Shown here: positions 1 to 12,488 of the stretch, piece after piece
Layout: each line of letters opens with the position of its first letter
How positions within the stretch are numbered: the stretch's first letter is position 1
Source of the DNA: Leucoraja erinacea
Lineage: Eukaryota
Length of the DNA stretch: 64,000 nt
Assembly: GCF_028641065.1 (NCBI RefSeq)
Contig: NC_073377.1
Location: 51,212,001 to 51,276,000, forward strand
Direction: 5' to 3'
Translations under genes and position numbers: made by a program
Notes under the pieces: generated by a model
Databases searched by the model: none
Told to the model about the DNA's origin: nothing
The model's input: only the letters and a program-made list of their open reading frames with translations

Positions 1-19
1 TAATTAAAACATCCCTTAA

Positions 20-934
20 GGGCCTGTCCCACAGCAGGGACCTAGTTGGTGAGTTTAAAAGAGTTTGCCCTCGACTCATACTCGCAGCATGGTCGACACG
101 AGGTCCTAGGGGGTCTTTGTAACTCACCTTCATGCTCGAGAGTAGTCCCCACGTATTCGAGGCCTCATCTAGGTTGCGGTGTTTTTTTCAACATGCTGAA
201 AAATGCCCTCGAATAAAAGAAGGTCGCCATGGAAAATATCTATATTTTTTTTACTCGTAAGTTTAGTCGAGGTAGGTCCTAGTAGGTCGTAATGCTATCG
301 TAGGTAATCGAAGGCAATCAAAGATAATCAAAGGTAGTTGAAGGTAAAGCTCGTTGCGAAAAAAAGGTAAGTAAACCAACCGGTAATGTTAAATGCCCGC
401 TAAACTTTATTAAAAGTTGTCTGGCTTCTTAAAAGTGTCTCCACTCCTTCTCTCCCCCCTTCTCTCTCCCCCCTTCTCAATCCTTTTCCCCCCTTCTCCT
501 CCCCTTTCTCCCCCTTTTCTCCCCCTCCTCCCTTTCTCCCCCCCTCTCCCCCCCTTCTCCCCCCCCTTCCCCCCCCCTCCCTTTCCCCCCCTTCTCCCCC
601 CCCTTCTCCCCACCTTTCTCCCCCCTTTCTCCCCCTCCTCCCTTCTCCCCCCCTTCTCCCCCTCCCTCCTCTCTGCGCTCTCTAAAGGACTTACCGTAAC
701 TGTGCCAGCCGACTTTTACCTTCCTGTTCATCGCGGGTGTGAATTTCTGACAGCGCTGCCCCGCTTTCCCTGGTCCCTGCCTTTGTGACGTGTTTGTGTG
801 TGTGTGTAGACGGTCGATCCAGCTCGCGGTTTCATCGCTGACGGTCGATCCCGCTCGAGGATTTTCAGGCGAGTGCCCTCAAGCTTGAAAGTCGAAGACA
901 GTTGCTGAAAAGTCGTGTTAGTGGGACAGGCCCT
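20..934. mobile_element. PIF/Harbinger-type MITE (non-autonomous), copy 1
   Basis: Ends GGGCCTGTCCCAC...GTGGGACAGGCCC(T) with TAA on both sides (17-19, 935-937); no transposase ORF; internal C/T low-complexity tract at ~445-680. Confidence 0.85.
445..682. repeat. C/T-rich low-complexity tract inside MITE
   Basis: Degenerate (CCCCCTTCT)n; source of the spurious Pro-rich and Gly/Arg-rich ORFs. Confidence 0.9.
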
Positions 935-984
935 TAACATTGCTACAATGGATACACAACAGAGCTTAATACAAAAATTATCTT

Positions 985-2930
985 TATAGTTTGAATGGTC
1001 GAGAGTCACAAGAGTTAAAAGTCTTTACTTGACTTGTGTACGGACAATCGAACAATGAAATTCTTATTTGCTGCGGTGTCACAGGCCCATTAATGCAGCA
1101 ACACACAAATAAATATATTTTAATCAATAACACTATAAAGTAATAGTAGGTAACGATCATAGACTGTATGGTAATTAAAAACTCTGTCCATAGTTCATAG
1201 TTGTTGGGGTAGGGTTGAGGTTGGTGTTGTGCAGTGTTCAGGAACCTGATAGCTACTGAGAAGAAGCTGTTCTTGAACCTGGTAGTCACGGTTTTCAGAC
1301 AGTAGTAGACATTCCAGACATCAGATGGTAATAGCAAAATGAGATTGTGCCCAAGGTGGTGGGGGTCTTAATATTAGCTAGTCTTTTGAAGCAGTGCCAG
1401 GGCATGGATCTCTTTGATTGTGGGGTGGTCAGTATCTGTGATGGGCTGGAAGATGTTGTGTATTCAGCAACAAACCAAATTTCCCCAATCTTCCAAAGAG
1501 GTCGAAAGTTCTTTGTGAATGCATCACTGTGCTGGGCCCAGGACAGACCTTCAGAGGAACGCACACTCAGGAACTTGAAGCTGTTGACTCTCTCCACAAC
1601 CACCCCATCGTTGAAGACAGGCTCTAGGATATCTGGCTATTCCTTCCTGAAATCAGCAATCAGCTCCTTGGTTTTGCTCTTTTTGAAAGCAAAATGGCAC
1701 TGGCAAATTTCAATCAGATTATCACTCTCCCCCCTGTACTGTGACTCATTGTTACCAGATATTCATCCAACAATGGTGGTGTTAACGGCGAATTTAAAGA
1801 TGTTACACAGTCATGGGTTCAGAGAGAGTAGAGGTGTGGACTGACCACAAATTCTTGTAGTCCTCCTGTTGCGGGATCTCGAGGGGAAAAGTGTTGCTGC
1901 TATTTTGTAGCCAGAGTGCTGTGCTGATAAGGTGGTCGAGGATCCTTTTACATGGGGATGAACAAAAATCAGTTCTCTGAGTTTTATGATAACTCTGATA
2001 ATGGTGTTGTATGTTGAGCTGTGGTCAACGAACAACAAATTGTCCAACCTGACATATGTGTTTTCATTGTACAAGTGGTCCAGTGCACAGTGGAGAGACA
2101 GTGAGATTTCATCACCTGTAGATCTGTTATGGTGCTCCGTGAATTGTAGTGTGCGTCCAGACCCTTACTCGGAGTTAACATGCGTCATACCTAACCTCTC
2201 AAAGCACTTCAGCACCACAGACCTTAGTGCCACTGGTTATTAGTCATTGAAACATGTCACCTTACTCTTCTTGGTACCAATAATTTTGATTTCCTTTTAC
2301 AGCAGGTGGGAACCTTGTGCCTTAGTAATGACAGGTTGAAGATGTTCACAAAATTGCAGCGAGTTGGTCTGTGAAAGTTTTAAAAACGCGATCAGGTATT
2401 CCATCAGTGCTGGACAAGGGTTTCACCTTGAGAAACATCTTCTGACATCAGCCTTGGTGACGGAGATCACAGTATCACCGAGGCTGTACGGGTTTGAGCA
2501 GTCATGTTGCTGTTAGACACAAAATTATTTCTTCTCTCCAGAGATACTGCCTGTCCCGCTGATTTACTCCAGCATTTTGTGTTTATCTTTGGTTTAAACC
2601 AGCATCTGCAGCTCTTTCCTTCTTGAGCTGTTATTTGATTTGACCTTGAGGAGGTGATGACTTACAAGCCCTGCCACAGCTGCCGAATGTCCATTCGATC
2701 CTCCAGTTCAGAGCAAATGTGTCTCTTCACTTTCCTAATGGCCTTACTGAGGTCACACCTGGGCTCTAAATATCACCCTGTATTGCCAGACTTGCAGACC
2801 TCCTGAATTGGGAGCACTCAGATGAGCGTGGAGGGAGCATACTCCCCCACACATGTCCTTGAAGTCGGTTAAAACTAATGGTGTATTCATTCAGTTCCAT
2901 GCTGTGTCCTTGAACATCACCCTGTCTATC
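985..2930 (-). mobile_element. Degenerate Rex1/Babar-type LINE, RT region and 3' end
   Basis: Broken frames give YVR..LFVDHSSTYNTII, VERVNSFKFL..LSWAQH and TTRFKNSFFSVAIRFLN; interrupted by a short Penelope-type module at ~2514-2622. Confidence 0.8.
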
Positions 2931-4356
2931 AAATGGTTCTACCTTTGTTTAAATTTGCTGTGTTGAATGTCATCTGCGATGCTTATTGATGAGGTGATTT
3001 CCTACAGTAACCTTAATTTAAACTCGCAAGAAAATTATGTCATACAATCTACAAACTTGCCATTTGGGAACAGGAGTAGGCCACTTGGCCCATCGAGATT
3101 CTCCATCATTCAATAAAACCATGGTTGGTTGGAATGTAACCTTAGCTCTGCATTCCAGTCTGCTTGTGGCAACATATCAGTCCCATGTCTATTAAGAATC
3201 AATCCAGATCTGCCTTAAACATATTCAAAGATTCTGCTTGCATTGGCCTTCGAGTATTTCTAATACTTGCTATTATTTGCTAACCTTTCCTTAGCAAACA
3301 ACGTGCCTATCCTGGGTATTAAGCAACTTTAACTCATCTGACATGGTGTTGCGAGCAAGAGGGCTTGGTGTAGAGTTGGAGGAATGCTGGATTAGCATAG
3401 ACGGGTAATTAATACAGACTAGGGGACTTACTCTGATACTTTGACCATTACAGTTTTAAACTGCAAAAGGCAAGGATATCAGCCCCAAGCTGTAAAAATG
3501 GATGAAAGACTCCAAAGACATTTAGACCGCAAGCCCAATTGTTGAATCATCGATGATAACCTTACACATCAACACCTGGAATGACCAAGAAACAGGGTTA
3601 GAAATACATAGATACATAGACTATAGGTGCAGTATGCCATTCGGCTCTTCGGGCTCTTCGAGCCAGGCGGGGTGGGGCAAGGGGGATGGGTTGAGGCCAC
3701 TTTGGGGGGGGGGGGGGGGTGGAAGAGAGGTGGTGGGGTGAAGGAGAGACGGAGAGAATGATCTTGGTGCTGAACTGGTCTTTGCCCACAACTCTCTGCA
3801 ATTACCCTACCAACCTACTGTATGTGTTTGTGAGGTGGGAGGAAACTGGAGCACCCAGATATACTGTATCCCATGCAGCCACAGGGGAAACATGCACACT
3901 CCATCTCCTTGTTGCCAAATCAATTATCCTACAAATTAAGCAAATTGGCTCGAGCTATAACCAAATTACATTAGAATCTATTTGCAATAGTATATATTTT
4001 CCTCTCTAATGTTATTTCCTGAAATATGTCTATAGGTTTTTCCATTTATGAAATTGTGTTTTTCCTAATTAAATGCTATTTTCCAGTCAACAGCTTATCC
4101 TCCCAATACAGGAGATAGTTTATTTAATGTAGTTTAGTCATGGTGCTTGCACAGATCCTAATAATTCCTAATAGTTCTAAGCCTTTGCAAATATCATCCT
4201 CGATATTAATATTTTGATCATTAATAACAATGCTAAAGAGCCAGAGGCCCATCTCCCATCACTGTGACCATCAAATAGAACCAGGTCTACCTTCAACCCT
4301 TCCTGCCAAAGTACTTACAATCCAGCACTACATGCAACCTGAACTATTGTCACTGG

Positions 4357-4572
4357 TAGACACAAAGTGCTGGAATAGCTCAGCGGGTCAGGCAGCATCT
4401 CTGGAGAAAAAGGATGGGTGACGTTTCAGGTCAGGCCACTTTGAAAGGGTCCTGAGCCGAAATGTCACTTATTCTTTTTCTCTGGAGTTGCTACCTGACC
4501 CATTGAGTTACTCCAACACTTTGTGTCTAACTTTGGTATAAACCAGCATATGCAGTTCTTTGTTGTCTACAC
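4357..4572. mobile_element. Penelope-type terminal module arranged as an inverted repeat
   Basis: GACACAAAGTGCTGGA..CTCAGCGGGTCAGGCAGC at left is mirrored by CTACCTGACCCATTGAG..CTCCAACACTTTGTGTC at right. Confidence 0.7.
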
Positions 4573-4574
4573 TA

Positions 4575-5236
4575 TTTCATAGCAAAAGGATTTGAGTATA
4601 GGAGTGGGAAGGTTGTACTACAGTTATACAGGGTCTTGGTGAGACCACACCTGGAGTATTGCGTACAGTTTTGGTCTCCTAATCTGAGGAATGGCATTCT
4701 TGCCATAGAGCGAGTACAGAGAAGGTTCACCAGACTGATTCCTGGGATGTCAGGACTTTCATATGAAGAAAGACTGGATAGACTCGGCTTATACTGGCTG
4801 GAATCTAGAAGATTGAGGGAGGATCTTATAGAAACTTACAAAATTCTTAAGGGGTTGGACAGGCTAGATGCAGGAAGATTGTTCCCGATGTTGGGGAAGT
4901 CCAGAACAAGGGGTCACAGTTTAAGGATAAGGGGGAAGTCTTTTAGGACGGAGATGAGAAAAACATTTTTCACACATCTCTGGAATGAATCTCTGGGTGA
5001 ATCTCTGGAATTATCTGCCACAGAAGGTAGTTGAGGCCAGTTAATTGGCTATATTTAAGAGGGAGTTAGATGTGGCCCTTGTGGCTAAGGGGATCAGGGG
5101 TTATGGAGAGAAGGCAGGTACAGGATACTGAGTTGGATGATCAGCCATGATCATATTGAATGGCGGTGCTGGCTCGAAGGGCCGAATGGCGTACTCCTGC
5201 ACCTATTTTCTATGTCTCTATGTTTCTATGTTTCTA
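4575..5236 (+). mobile_element. CR1 LINE 3' fragment, (TTTCTATG)n tail
   Basis: ORF 4636-5034 VRPHLEYCVQFWSP...RRFTRLIPG...RTRGHSLRI; 3' UTR and octamer tail. Confidence 0.95.
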
Positions 5237-5848
5237 GTGACCCCTGTATTTGATCTGCTGAAGAAGCCTTTCGTGAAGGACTTTGTCAAAAGCTGTTTGT
5301 CAGTGTACGCAATGTCCAATGGACATCACTGAGGTGAGACTTCCAATAAATAAACTATGTTTGTAAATATAACTTACTACTAATCCATTGTTAATGTTCC
5401 TAATATTCCCCACTTGATTCAAGCAATCAATTAATGCAAGTACAGTGATTTCTGTGAGCTTCTTCATTAATATTGGTGTCATTCTTTCCTCTTGGAGTGG
5501 AGGATAACCTACTACAACTCTAGTTCTGTGGGATCCGAGTAGCTGATGAGATTCATGCAAGTCCTGCAATTTCTATCCCAGGTAGAACATGAGTTACTTG
5601 AAGGATTGGTGCATATCTAGTTTGGGAGATGGTGACTTCCTTTTGCCATCTGTGCGATTCTGTGGGCTTTTGATGAATGGGATCGGTATCATTAATGCCA
5701 TTTCTTATGTTTCTTCTCCATTTTGAGCAGCCCTGGATAAGTCAGTGGGCCATTACATTTTATGCACCAATTAAAGATAAGCCAAGGATCGGAATACAAG
5801 GACTGACGCACATAGGAAACTGCCTTCATTTTCATAAGATAAAGATAC

Positions 5849-6258
5849 CTATATATCGGCAAGACCAAGTGCAGGCTCGGCAATCATTTCACTGAACATC
5901 TCCGCTCAGTCCGCCTAAACCTACCTGATCTCCCAGTTGCGAAACACTTTAACTCCCCCTCCTATTTCCACACTGACCTTTCTATCCTGGTCCTCCTCCA
6001 TTGTCAGAGTGAGGCCCAGCGCAAATTGGTGGAACAGCACCTCATATTTCATTTGGGAAGCTTACACCCCAGCATCATAAACATTGACCTCTAACTTCAA
6101 GTAACACTTGCTTTTCCTCTGCCCCCCCCCCCCCCCCCCCCCCTTCCCAGTTCTCTGACCAGTCTGATTGTCTCTGATTACATTTTATCTCTTTGTTGTT
6201 ACCTTATTTCTCCCAGCTAACAATTATCTATTCTATACTTTCCTTGATCTCTATTCCC
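5849..6258 (+). mobile_element. Penelope-like element, GIY-YIG endonuclease C-terminus and 3' region
   Basis: Translates YIGKTKCRLGNHFTEHLRSVRLNLPDLPVAKHFNS...EQHLIFHLGSLHP; appears to resume at ~6899-6925 and ~7694-7808 after two CR1 insertions. Confidence 0.8.
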
Positions 6259-6898
6259 TTGGTCTTTATAAATCAGAGCATTGAGTATAGAAGTTGGGAT
6301 GTAATGTTAAAATTGTACAAGGCATTGGTGAGGCCAATTCTGGAGTATGGTGTACAATTTTGGTCACCTAATTATAGGAAGGATGTCAACAAAATAGAGA
6401 GAGTATAGAGGAGATTTACTAGAATGTTGCCTGGGTTTCAGCAACTAAGTTACAGAGATAGGTTGAACAAGTTAGGGCTTTAGTCTTTGGAGCGCAGAAG
6501 GTTGAGCGGGGACTTGATAGAGGTCTTTAAAATGATGAGAGGGATAGACAGAGTTGACGTGGATAAGCTTTTCCCACAGAGAGTAGGGAAGATTCAAACA
6601 AGGGGACATGACTTGAGAATTAAGGGACAGAAGTTTAGGGGTAACATGAGGGGGAACTTCTTTACTCAGAGAGTGGTGGCTGTGTGGAATGAGCTTCCAG
6701 TGAAGGTGGTGGAGGCAGGTTCGTTTTTATCATTTAAAAATAAATTGGATAGTTATATGGACGGGAAAGGAATGGGGGGTTATGGTCTGAGTGCAGGTAT
6801 ATGGGACTAGGGGAGAATACGTGTTCGGCATGGACTAGAAGGGTCGAGATGGCCTGTTTCCGTGCTGTAATTGTTATATGGTTATATGGTTATATGGT
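6259..6898 (+). mobile_element. CR1 LINE 3' fragment, (ATATGGTT)n tail
   Basis: ORFs 6193-6408 and 6487-6810 (LVRPILEYGVQFWSP; TRGHDLRI..FFTQRVVAVWNELP); tail GTTATATGGTTATATGG. Confidence 0.95.
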
Positions 6899-6938
6899 CC
6901 TGTTTTCACACCTTATACTTACTTAAATACTTAAACCA

Positions 6939-7693
6939 GGAAGGCAGATCTCACCAGATATCTGTATGGTGTCAAGTTGGGAAAAGGGGAAGTACAACGG
7001 GATCTGGGGGTCCTTGTTCATCAGTCAATGAAGGTAAGCATGCAGGTACAGCAGGCAGTGAAGAAAGCGAACTTGGTCTTCATAACAAAAGGAGTTGAGT
7101 ATAGGAGCAAAGAGGTCCTTCTGCAGTTGTACAGGGCCCTAGTGAGACCACACTTGGAGTATTGTGTGCAGTTTTGGTCTCCAAATTTGAGGAAGGACAT
7201 TCATGCTGTTGAATGCGTGCACACAAGGTTAATTCCTGGAATGACAGGACTGTCATATGTTGAAAGAATGGAGCAGCTGGGCTTGAATACTCTGGAATTT
7301 ATTATTAGAGGAGATCTTATTGAAACATATAAGATTAATAAGGTTTTTGACACGCAAGAGGCAGGAAACATGTTCCCGATGTTGTGGGCAGAACCAGGGG
7401 CCACAGTTTAAGAATAAGGGGTAAGCTATTTAGAACGGAGGTGAGGAAAAACTTTTTCACACAGAGAGTTGTGAATCTGTGGAATTCTTTGCCTCAGAAG
7501 GCAGTGGAGGCCAATTTTCTGGATGCTTTCAGGAGAGAGTTAGATAGAGCTCTTAAAGATAGCGGAGTCAGGTGATATGGCTAGAAGGGAGGAACGGGGT
7601 ATTGATTGTGGATGATCAGCCATGATCATATTGAATGGCGGTGCTGGCTCAAAGGGCCGAATGGCCTACTCCTGCACCTATTGTCTATTGTCT
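6939..7693 (+). mobile_element. CR1 LINE 3' fragment, (CTATTGT)n tail
   Basis: ORF 6977-7411 QRDLGVLVH..LVRPHLEYCVQFWSP and ORF 7384-7575. Confidence 0.95.
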
Positions 7694-8829
7694 TATCTAT
7701 GTATATCCCCCTCCCCTGACATCAGTCTGAAGAAGGGTCTCGACCCGAAAATTCCTTCTCTCCAGAGATGCTGCCTGTCCCGCTACTCTAACATTTTATG
7801 TCTTCCTTAGATAAAAAACATACTCATTTATTAATTTTGTTTATATACGCAAAAAGCAGGAATAACTCAGCGGGTCATAGAAACATAGAAAACAGGTGCA
7901 GTAGGCCCTCCGAGCCAGCACTGCGATTCAATATGATCATGGCTGATCATCTGAAATTTGTACACTGCTTTTCCCCTATCCCTTGATTCCGTTAGCCCTA
8001 AAACCTAAATCTAACTCTCTCTTGAAAACATCCAGTGAATCGGCCTCCACTACCTTCTATGGCAGAGAATTCCACAGATTCACAACTCTCTGGGTGAAAA
8101 CGTTTTTCCTCATCTCAGTCCTAAATGGCCTTCCCCTTATTCTATAACTGTGATCCCTGGTTCTGGACTCTCTCAACATCGGCAACATTTTTCCTGCATC
8201 TAGCCAGTCCAATCCCTTAAGATCCTCTCTCATCCTAAATTCCAGTGAATACAAGCCCAGTCAATCAATTTTTTCATCATATGTTAGTTTGCCATCCCGA
8301 GAATTAACCTGGTGAACCTAAGCTGCACTCCCTCAATAGCAAGAATGTCCTTCCTTAATTTAGGAGACCAAAACTGTACACAATTCTCCAGGTGTGGTCT
8401 CAACAGGGCCATGTACTACTGCAGTAGGACCTCCTTGCTCCTAAACTCAAATCCTCTCGCTATGAAGGCCAACATGCCATTTGTATTCTTCACTGCCTGC
8501 TGTACCTGCATGCTTACTTTCAGTGACTGATGTACAAGGACACCCAGGTCTCGTTGCACCTCCCCTTTTCCTAATCGGACACATAGAAAATAATCTGAAT
8601 TGTACCATACAGATAATAATCTGCCTTCTTGTTCTTTCCACCAAAGTGGATAACCTCACATTAATCCACATTAAACTGCATCTGCCCCCTCACGCAACCT
8701 ATCCAAGTCATCCTGCAGCCTCATAGCATCTTCCTCGCAGCTCACGTTGTCTCCCAGCTTTGTGTCATCTACAAATTTGGGGATGTCACATTTAATTCCC
8801 CCGTCTAAATCGGTAATATATATTGTAAA

Positions 8830-10686
8830 CTAGACCAAGTGCAGACCCGTTGGGTCTGTTCCCCCAACGTGCGGTTGTTTGGGGGGGGGGGAGGCGGCAT
8901 GCAGCATCACACACTAACTATCCCCCCCCCCCCGCACTCACGCTAATTACCCCCTTGATATTATATTAATATTATTAATCTGCTCCTTTTAACCCATAAC
9001 CACCCTATCTACTGACGCATAGCCCCCAACTTGCAGTCACATCTAGAGGGGGGGGGGGGCGGGGGGGGTAGAGAGTGAGGGCAGAGAGAGAAGGGGCAGA
9101 GACAGAGAGAGAGACAGAGACACTGAGAGAGGGGCAAGAGGGATGGGGGTTGGAGAGGAGGATAAGAGGGAGGGTGGGTGAGGGGGGGAAAGGTGCTGCA
9201 CCATCGGAGGAGGGGGAGGAGAGAGAGAGAGAGGGTGAGTGACTGTTTACCCTCCTACCATCCGGGAGGCGCTAGGGGGAGAGAGAGTCTTCCCGGCGGC
9301 TGTCATCTACTCAACAACGGGGGTGCTGAGCCATTTCGTTGTCTCTGTACTGTCATGACAATGACAATTAAAATTGAATGAATCTGAATATAAATCTGAA
9401 GAGGGATAGGGGGGGTTAAGAGGGAGGGGGGGTAGGGGGTACAGGTGTAGGGGGGTGAGGTGGGGAGTAGGAAGGGTGAGGGGAGGGAGGGGGGGAGGGA
9501 AGAGGGGAGGGAAGAGGGTAGGGGGGTTGTGGAGGGGAGGGGAGGGGTTTAGGGAGGGAGGGAGGGAGGGGGGAGGGGATGGAGGGGAGGAGGGGAGAGA
9601 GGGGGAGGGGAGGGGGAGGAGGGAGAGGAGGGGTGGGGGGAAGGGGGGGAGAGAGGGGGGGGAGGGAGAGGGGGGGGAGCAGGGAGGGGGGGAGGAGGAG
9701 GGGTGGAGGGAAGGGGGGAGGGGTGTGGAGGGGAGGAGGGGAGTTTAGGGGAGGAATGGTGGGGGAGGGGAGTTAGGGGAGGGGAGAGGGGAGGGTGGGA
9801 GAGAGGGAGGGGAGGAGAGAGGGAGGGGGGGGGGGGGAGAGAGAGAGGGAGGGGGAGAGAGGGGGGGGGGAGAGGAGGGGGAGAGGAGTGGGGGGAGAGG
9901 GGNNNNNNNNNNNNNNNNNNNNNNNNNNNNNNNNNNNNNNNNNNNNNNNNNNNNNNNNNNNNNNNNNNNNNNNNNNNNNNNNNNNNNNNNNNNNNNNNNN
10001 NNNNNNNNNNNNNNNNNNNNNNNNNNNNNNNNNNNNNNNNNNNNNNNNNNNNGGAGGGGGGAGAGGAGGAGAGGGGGGGAGAGGAGAGGAGTAGAGAACA
10101 TCAGGGAGAGTGAGAGGGGGGGAGGGAGAGAGGGAGAGGGGGAGGAGTGGAGGGGGGGGGGGGGGAGGGGAAAGTCGGGGAGAACCTAAAAAACATTTTA
10201 GAAGCAAAAAAAATACAATCTGCAAGCATGGTAGAACCAAAAGAGACACTTTTTGCAAACATTTTAGAACCAATAAACACTTTTTGCAAATATTTCAGAA
10301 CCAATAGACACAATCTGCAAGTGTTTTAGAACCACTAAGGGCACTTACATTGGAGTAGACATGTGTTCAGTATTATTCACAGCTCAGAGAAACGTGACCC
10401 TCTGCCTTCATCCAGCTTGCAGACACTGATTGAGGCACACCACTTCCTGGTTTTATAGTCCCTCCCCCCTGCCGCCAGCAGGAGCAGCAGAGAGAATGGG
10501 GAATTTTGTAAAATCATTAATATCTCTGTCATTTTTAATGGACGGGAAAAATCCTCGGCACACATATGGCGGAGGGGGGCTCTGAGTAAGGTGGCCAAAT
10601 ATGACGGCCGTAGGTGGTGGCGTTCTCTTGGAAATCGCAGCACAGATGGCCAAAACCGGTCAAGAACAGACTTTTAGTAATATAGA
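8830..10686 (-). mobile_element. Non-autonomous Helitron
   Basis: Minus strand begins A|TCTATATTACTAAAA and ends with hairpin CAGACCC-AAC-GGGTCTG, then CACTTGGTCTAG|T; inserted between A and T with no TSD, cleanly splitting a CR1. Confidence 0.88.
9400..10172. repeat. G/A-rich homopurine tract including assembly gap 9903-10052
   Basis: Degenerate (GGGGAGA)n flanking an N run. Confidence 0.9.
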
Positions 10687-10970
10687 TAACTGGGGTCCCA
10701 GCACTGAACCTTGTGGCACCCCACTAGTCACTGCCTGACATTCTGAAAAGGACCCATTAATTCCTACTCTTTGCTTTCTGTCTGCCAGCCAGTTCTCTAT
10801 CCATGTCAATACCATACCCCCAATACCATGTGCTCTATTTCTGCACACTAATCTCTTGTGTGGGACCTTGTCAAAGGCTTTTTGAAAGTCCAGATACACC
10901 ACATCCACTGGCTTTCCCTTATCCATTCTACTTGTTCCATCCTCAAAAAATTCTAGAAGATTAGTCAAGC

Positions 10971-11270
10971 AAGAAGGGTCGGGCAACATCTCTGGAGAAA
11001 AAGAATAGGTGACATTTCGGGTCTGAATCCTTCATCAGACTGAAAGTGGAGGTGGGGGATGGGGGGGGTGGGGGCGAATAAACAATAAACTGGAGGTGTG
11101 AAAAGGCCAGAACAAATCAGAGCCAGCAACACATAAACTCAGGTGGGTAGCCTTTAATGGCCAATCGTTGGCTTAGAAAGGTGTAATAACAAGAGGGATG
11201 CAAGGATGGAAAGATTGGAAGTGGTAGAATGGCTAGGCTGGGAGAGAGAGGGGAGGGAAGAGAATGCAGG
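10971..11270 (-). mobile_element. Penelope-type 3' module
   Basis: Reverse complement contains CTGATGAAGGATTCAGACCCGAAATGTCACC and the pyrimidine-rich region seen in other copies. Confidence 0.6.
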
Positions 11271-11885
11271 ATCAAGCTTTATGATCAAGCATGGTCTGAG
11301 GCAAACGTTTTGCCACAACCTCCTAACTTACAACATAATAACCTAACTCCTTTCAACCAGACACAACTACTTATCATGGTGTTGAATATAATTCAAACCC
11401 AGTATGAATGATCCAACTGGTTGTACCCGTTCAGACCAATATTATATGTTCCCACAGTGTCACAATAAGAAAGACTTACATTTATCATCAATCTTTACGC
11501 TTTCAGTTGCAGGATGCTACTATATAATGAGCAGCTGAATATATTGTTTGCGTCTTCAGTTTATGATATGGTTTTATGGTTAATGCACGTTTTAACTGAC
11601 CAACACGCTTTGGCTACGGAGGGTTAGTTTGTGATTGTGTGTGTACAAATTATTGCGGTTTCAAAAAATTGTCATCATTCCAAATTATTTTTATTGTACC
11701 TGTTTATCTGTTTCTCATTTGCATTTATTTTCCTTGCAGCCACCATATTTGTGTTCCATAATTGAAAGTAAACCACACATTCAGCTGACACTAGTAAAAA
11801 TTAAGTTTGATTGCATTCACTGATTACTTACCTTAGTATGTGTCAACATGTTTATTCATACATTCTCATTTTTCACCCTGGCACT

Positions 11886-12488
11886 CTGGCAGGAGCCTTC
11901 CTGACGGGCCGCGGCTGTGGACTGGGAACGCGGCTGGAGGCCTTTATTGAGTCGCCCCGGCCTCAATGCCTCCTGGATCGCTGCGTAGAAGCCCGGGTTG
12001 GGGTCCGGTCAGGGTCTGGTTGGCGGAGCGGCCGACGGATCGCAATGCTGGGCACCACGGAGGCGTCGGCAATTGGGAGGCCTCAGCAGTGGCGTGTCAG
12101 CGGTGGTGAAGCCTCGTGACGATGGGGCCTCGGCGGCAACGATGCCTTGCGCGTCGACCCGCGGTCAGCGGTCGATGAGAACATGGAGGACCACCGTGAG
12201 GGAGGAGGGGAAAAACAATGGAGGACCCGGCGTGGGGGGGGGGGGGGGGGGGGGGGGGTCGCCGTGAGGGGAGGGGAGAACAAGGAACAATAGGGGGAGG
12301 GGATGGGGGAACAAAGGACAATGGGCGACCCAGCATGGGGGGGGGGGGGGCATGGGACAAAAGGGGGAGCTGGCGTACTTTGTAACTTTGTCAGTGCCGT
12401 AGGTGGCTGATATTAGTATACATTGTGTATGCAAGCAAAGAATCTCACTGTGCCTAGTCACATGAGACAATAAAGTATTCCTATTCCT
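11886..12488 (+). mobile_element. GC/CpG-rich retroposon with Rex1-like 3' end
   Basis: Ends GAATCTCACTGTG..GACAATAAAGTATTCCTATTCC; related copies at ~41676, ~52195, ~53247. Confidence 0.6.

Larger units (their letters stand above)
7877..10970 (-). mobile_element. CR1 LINE RT fragment split by a Helitron (7877-8829 and 10687-10970)
   Basis: ORF 10660-10989 [37 protein letters not shown] continues across the insertion (ATTGTAAA|TAACTGGGG) to the tail at 7877. Confidence 0.92.

Noticed and set aside
410-788. Pro-rich and Gly/Arg-rich ORFs
   Set aside because: Translations of the C/T low-complexity tract inside a MITE
9455-10329. Multiple Gly/Glu/Arg-rich ORFs
   Set aside because: Homopurine tract and N gap inside the Helitron
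11512-11602. Open frame MLLYNEQLNILFASSVYDMVLWLMHVLTDQHALATE between AG and GTTAGT
   Set aside because: Weak donor, unrecognised peptide, and no consistent exon chain could be built
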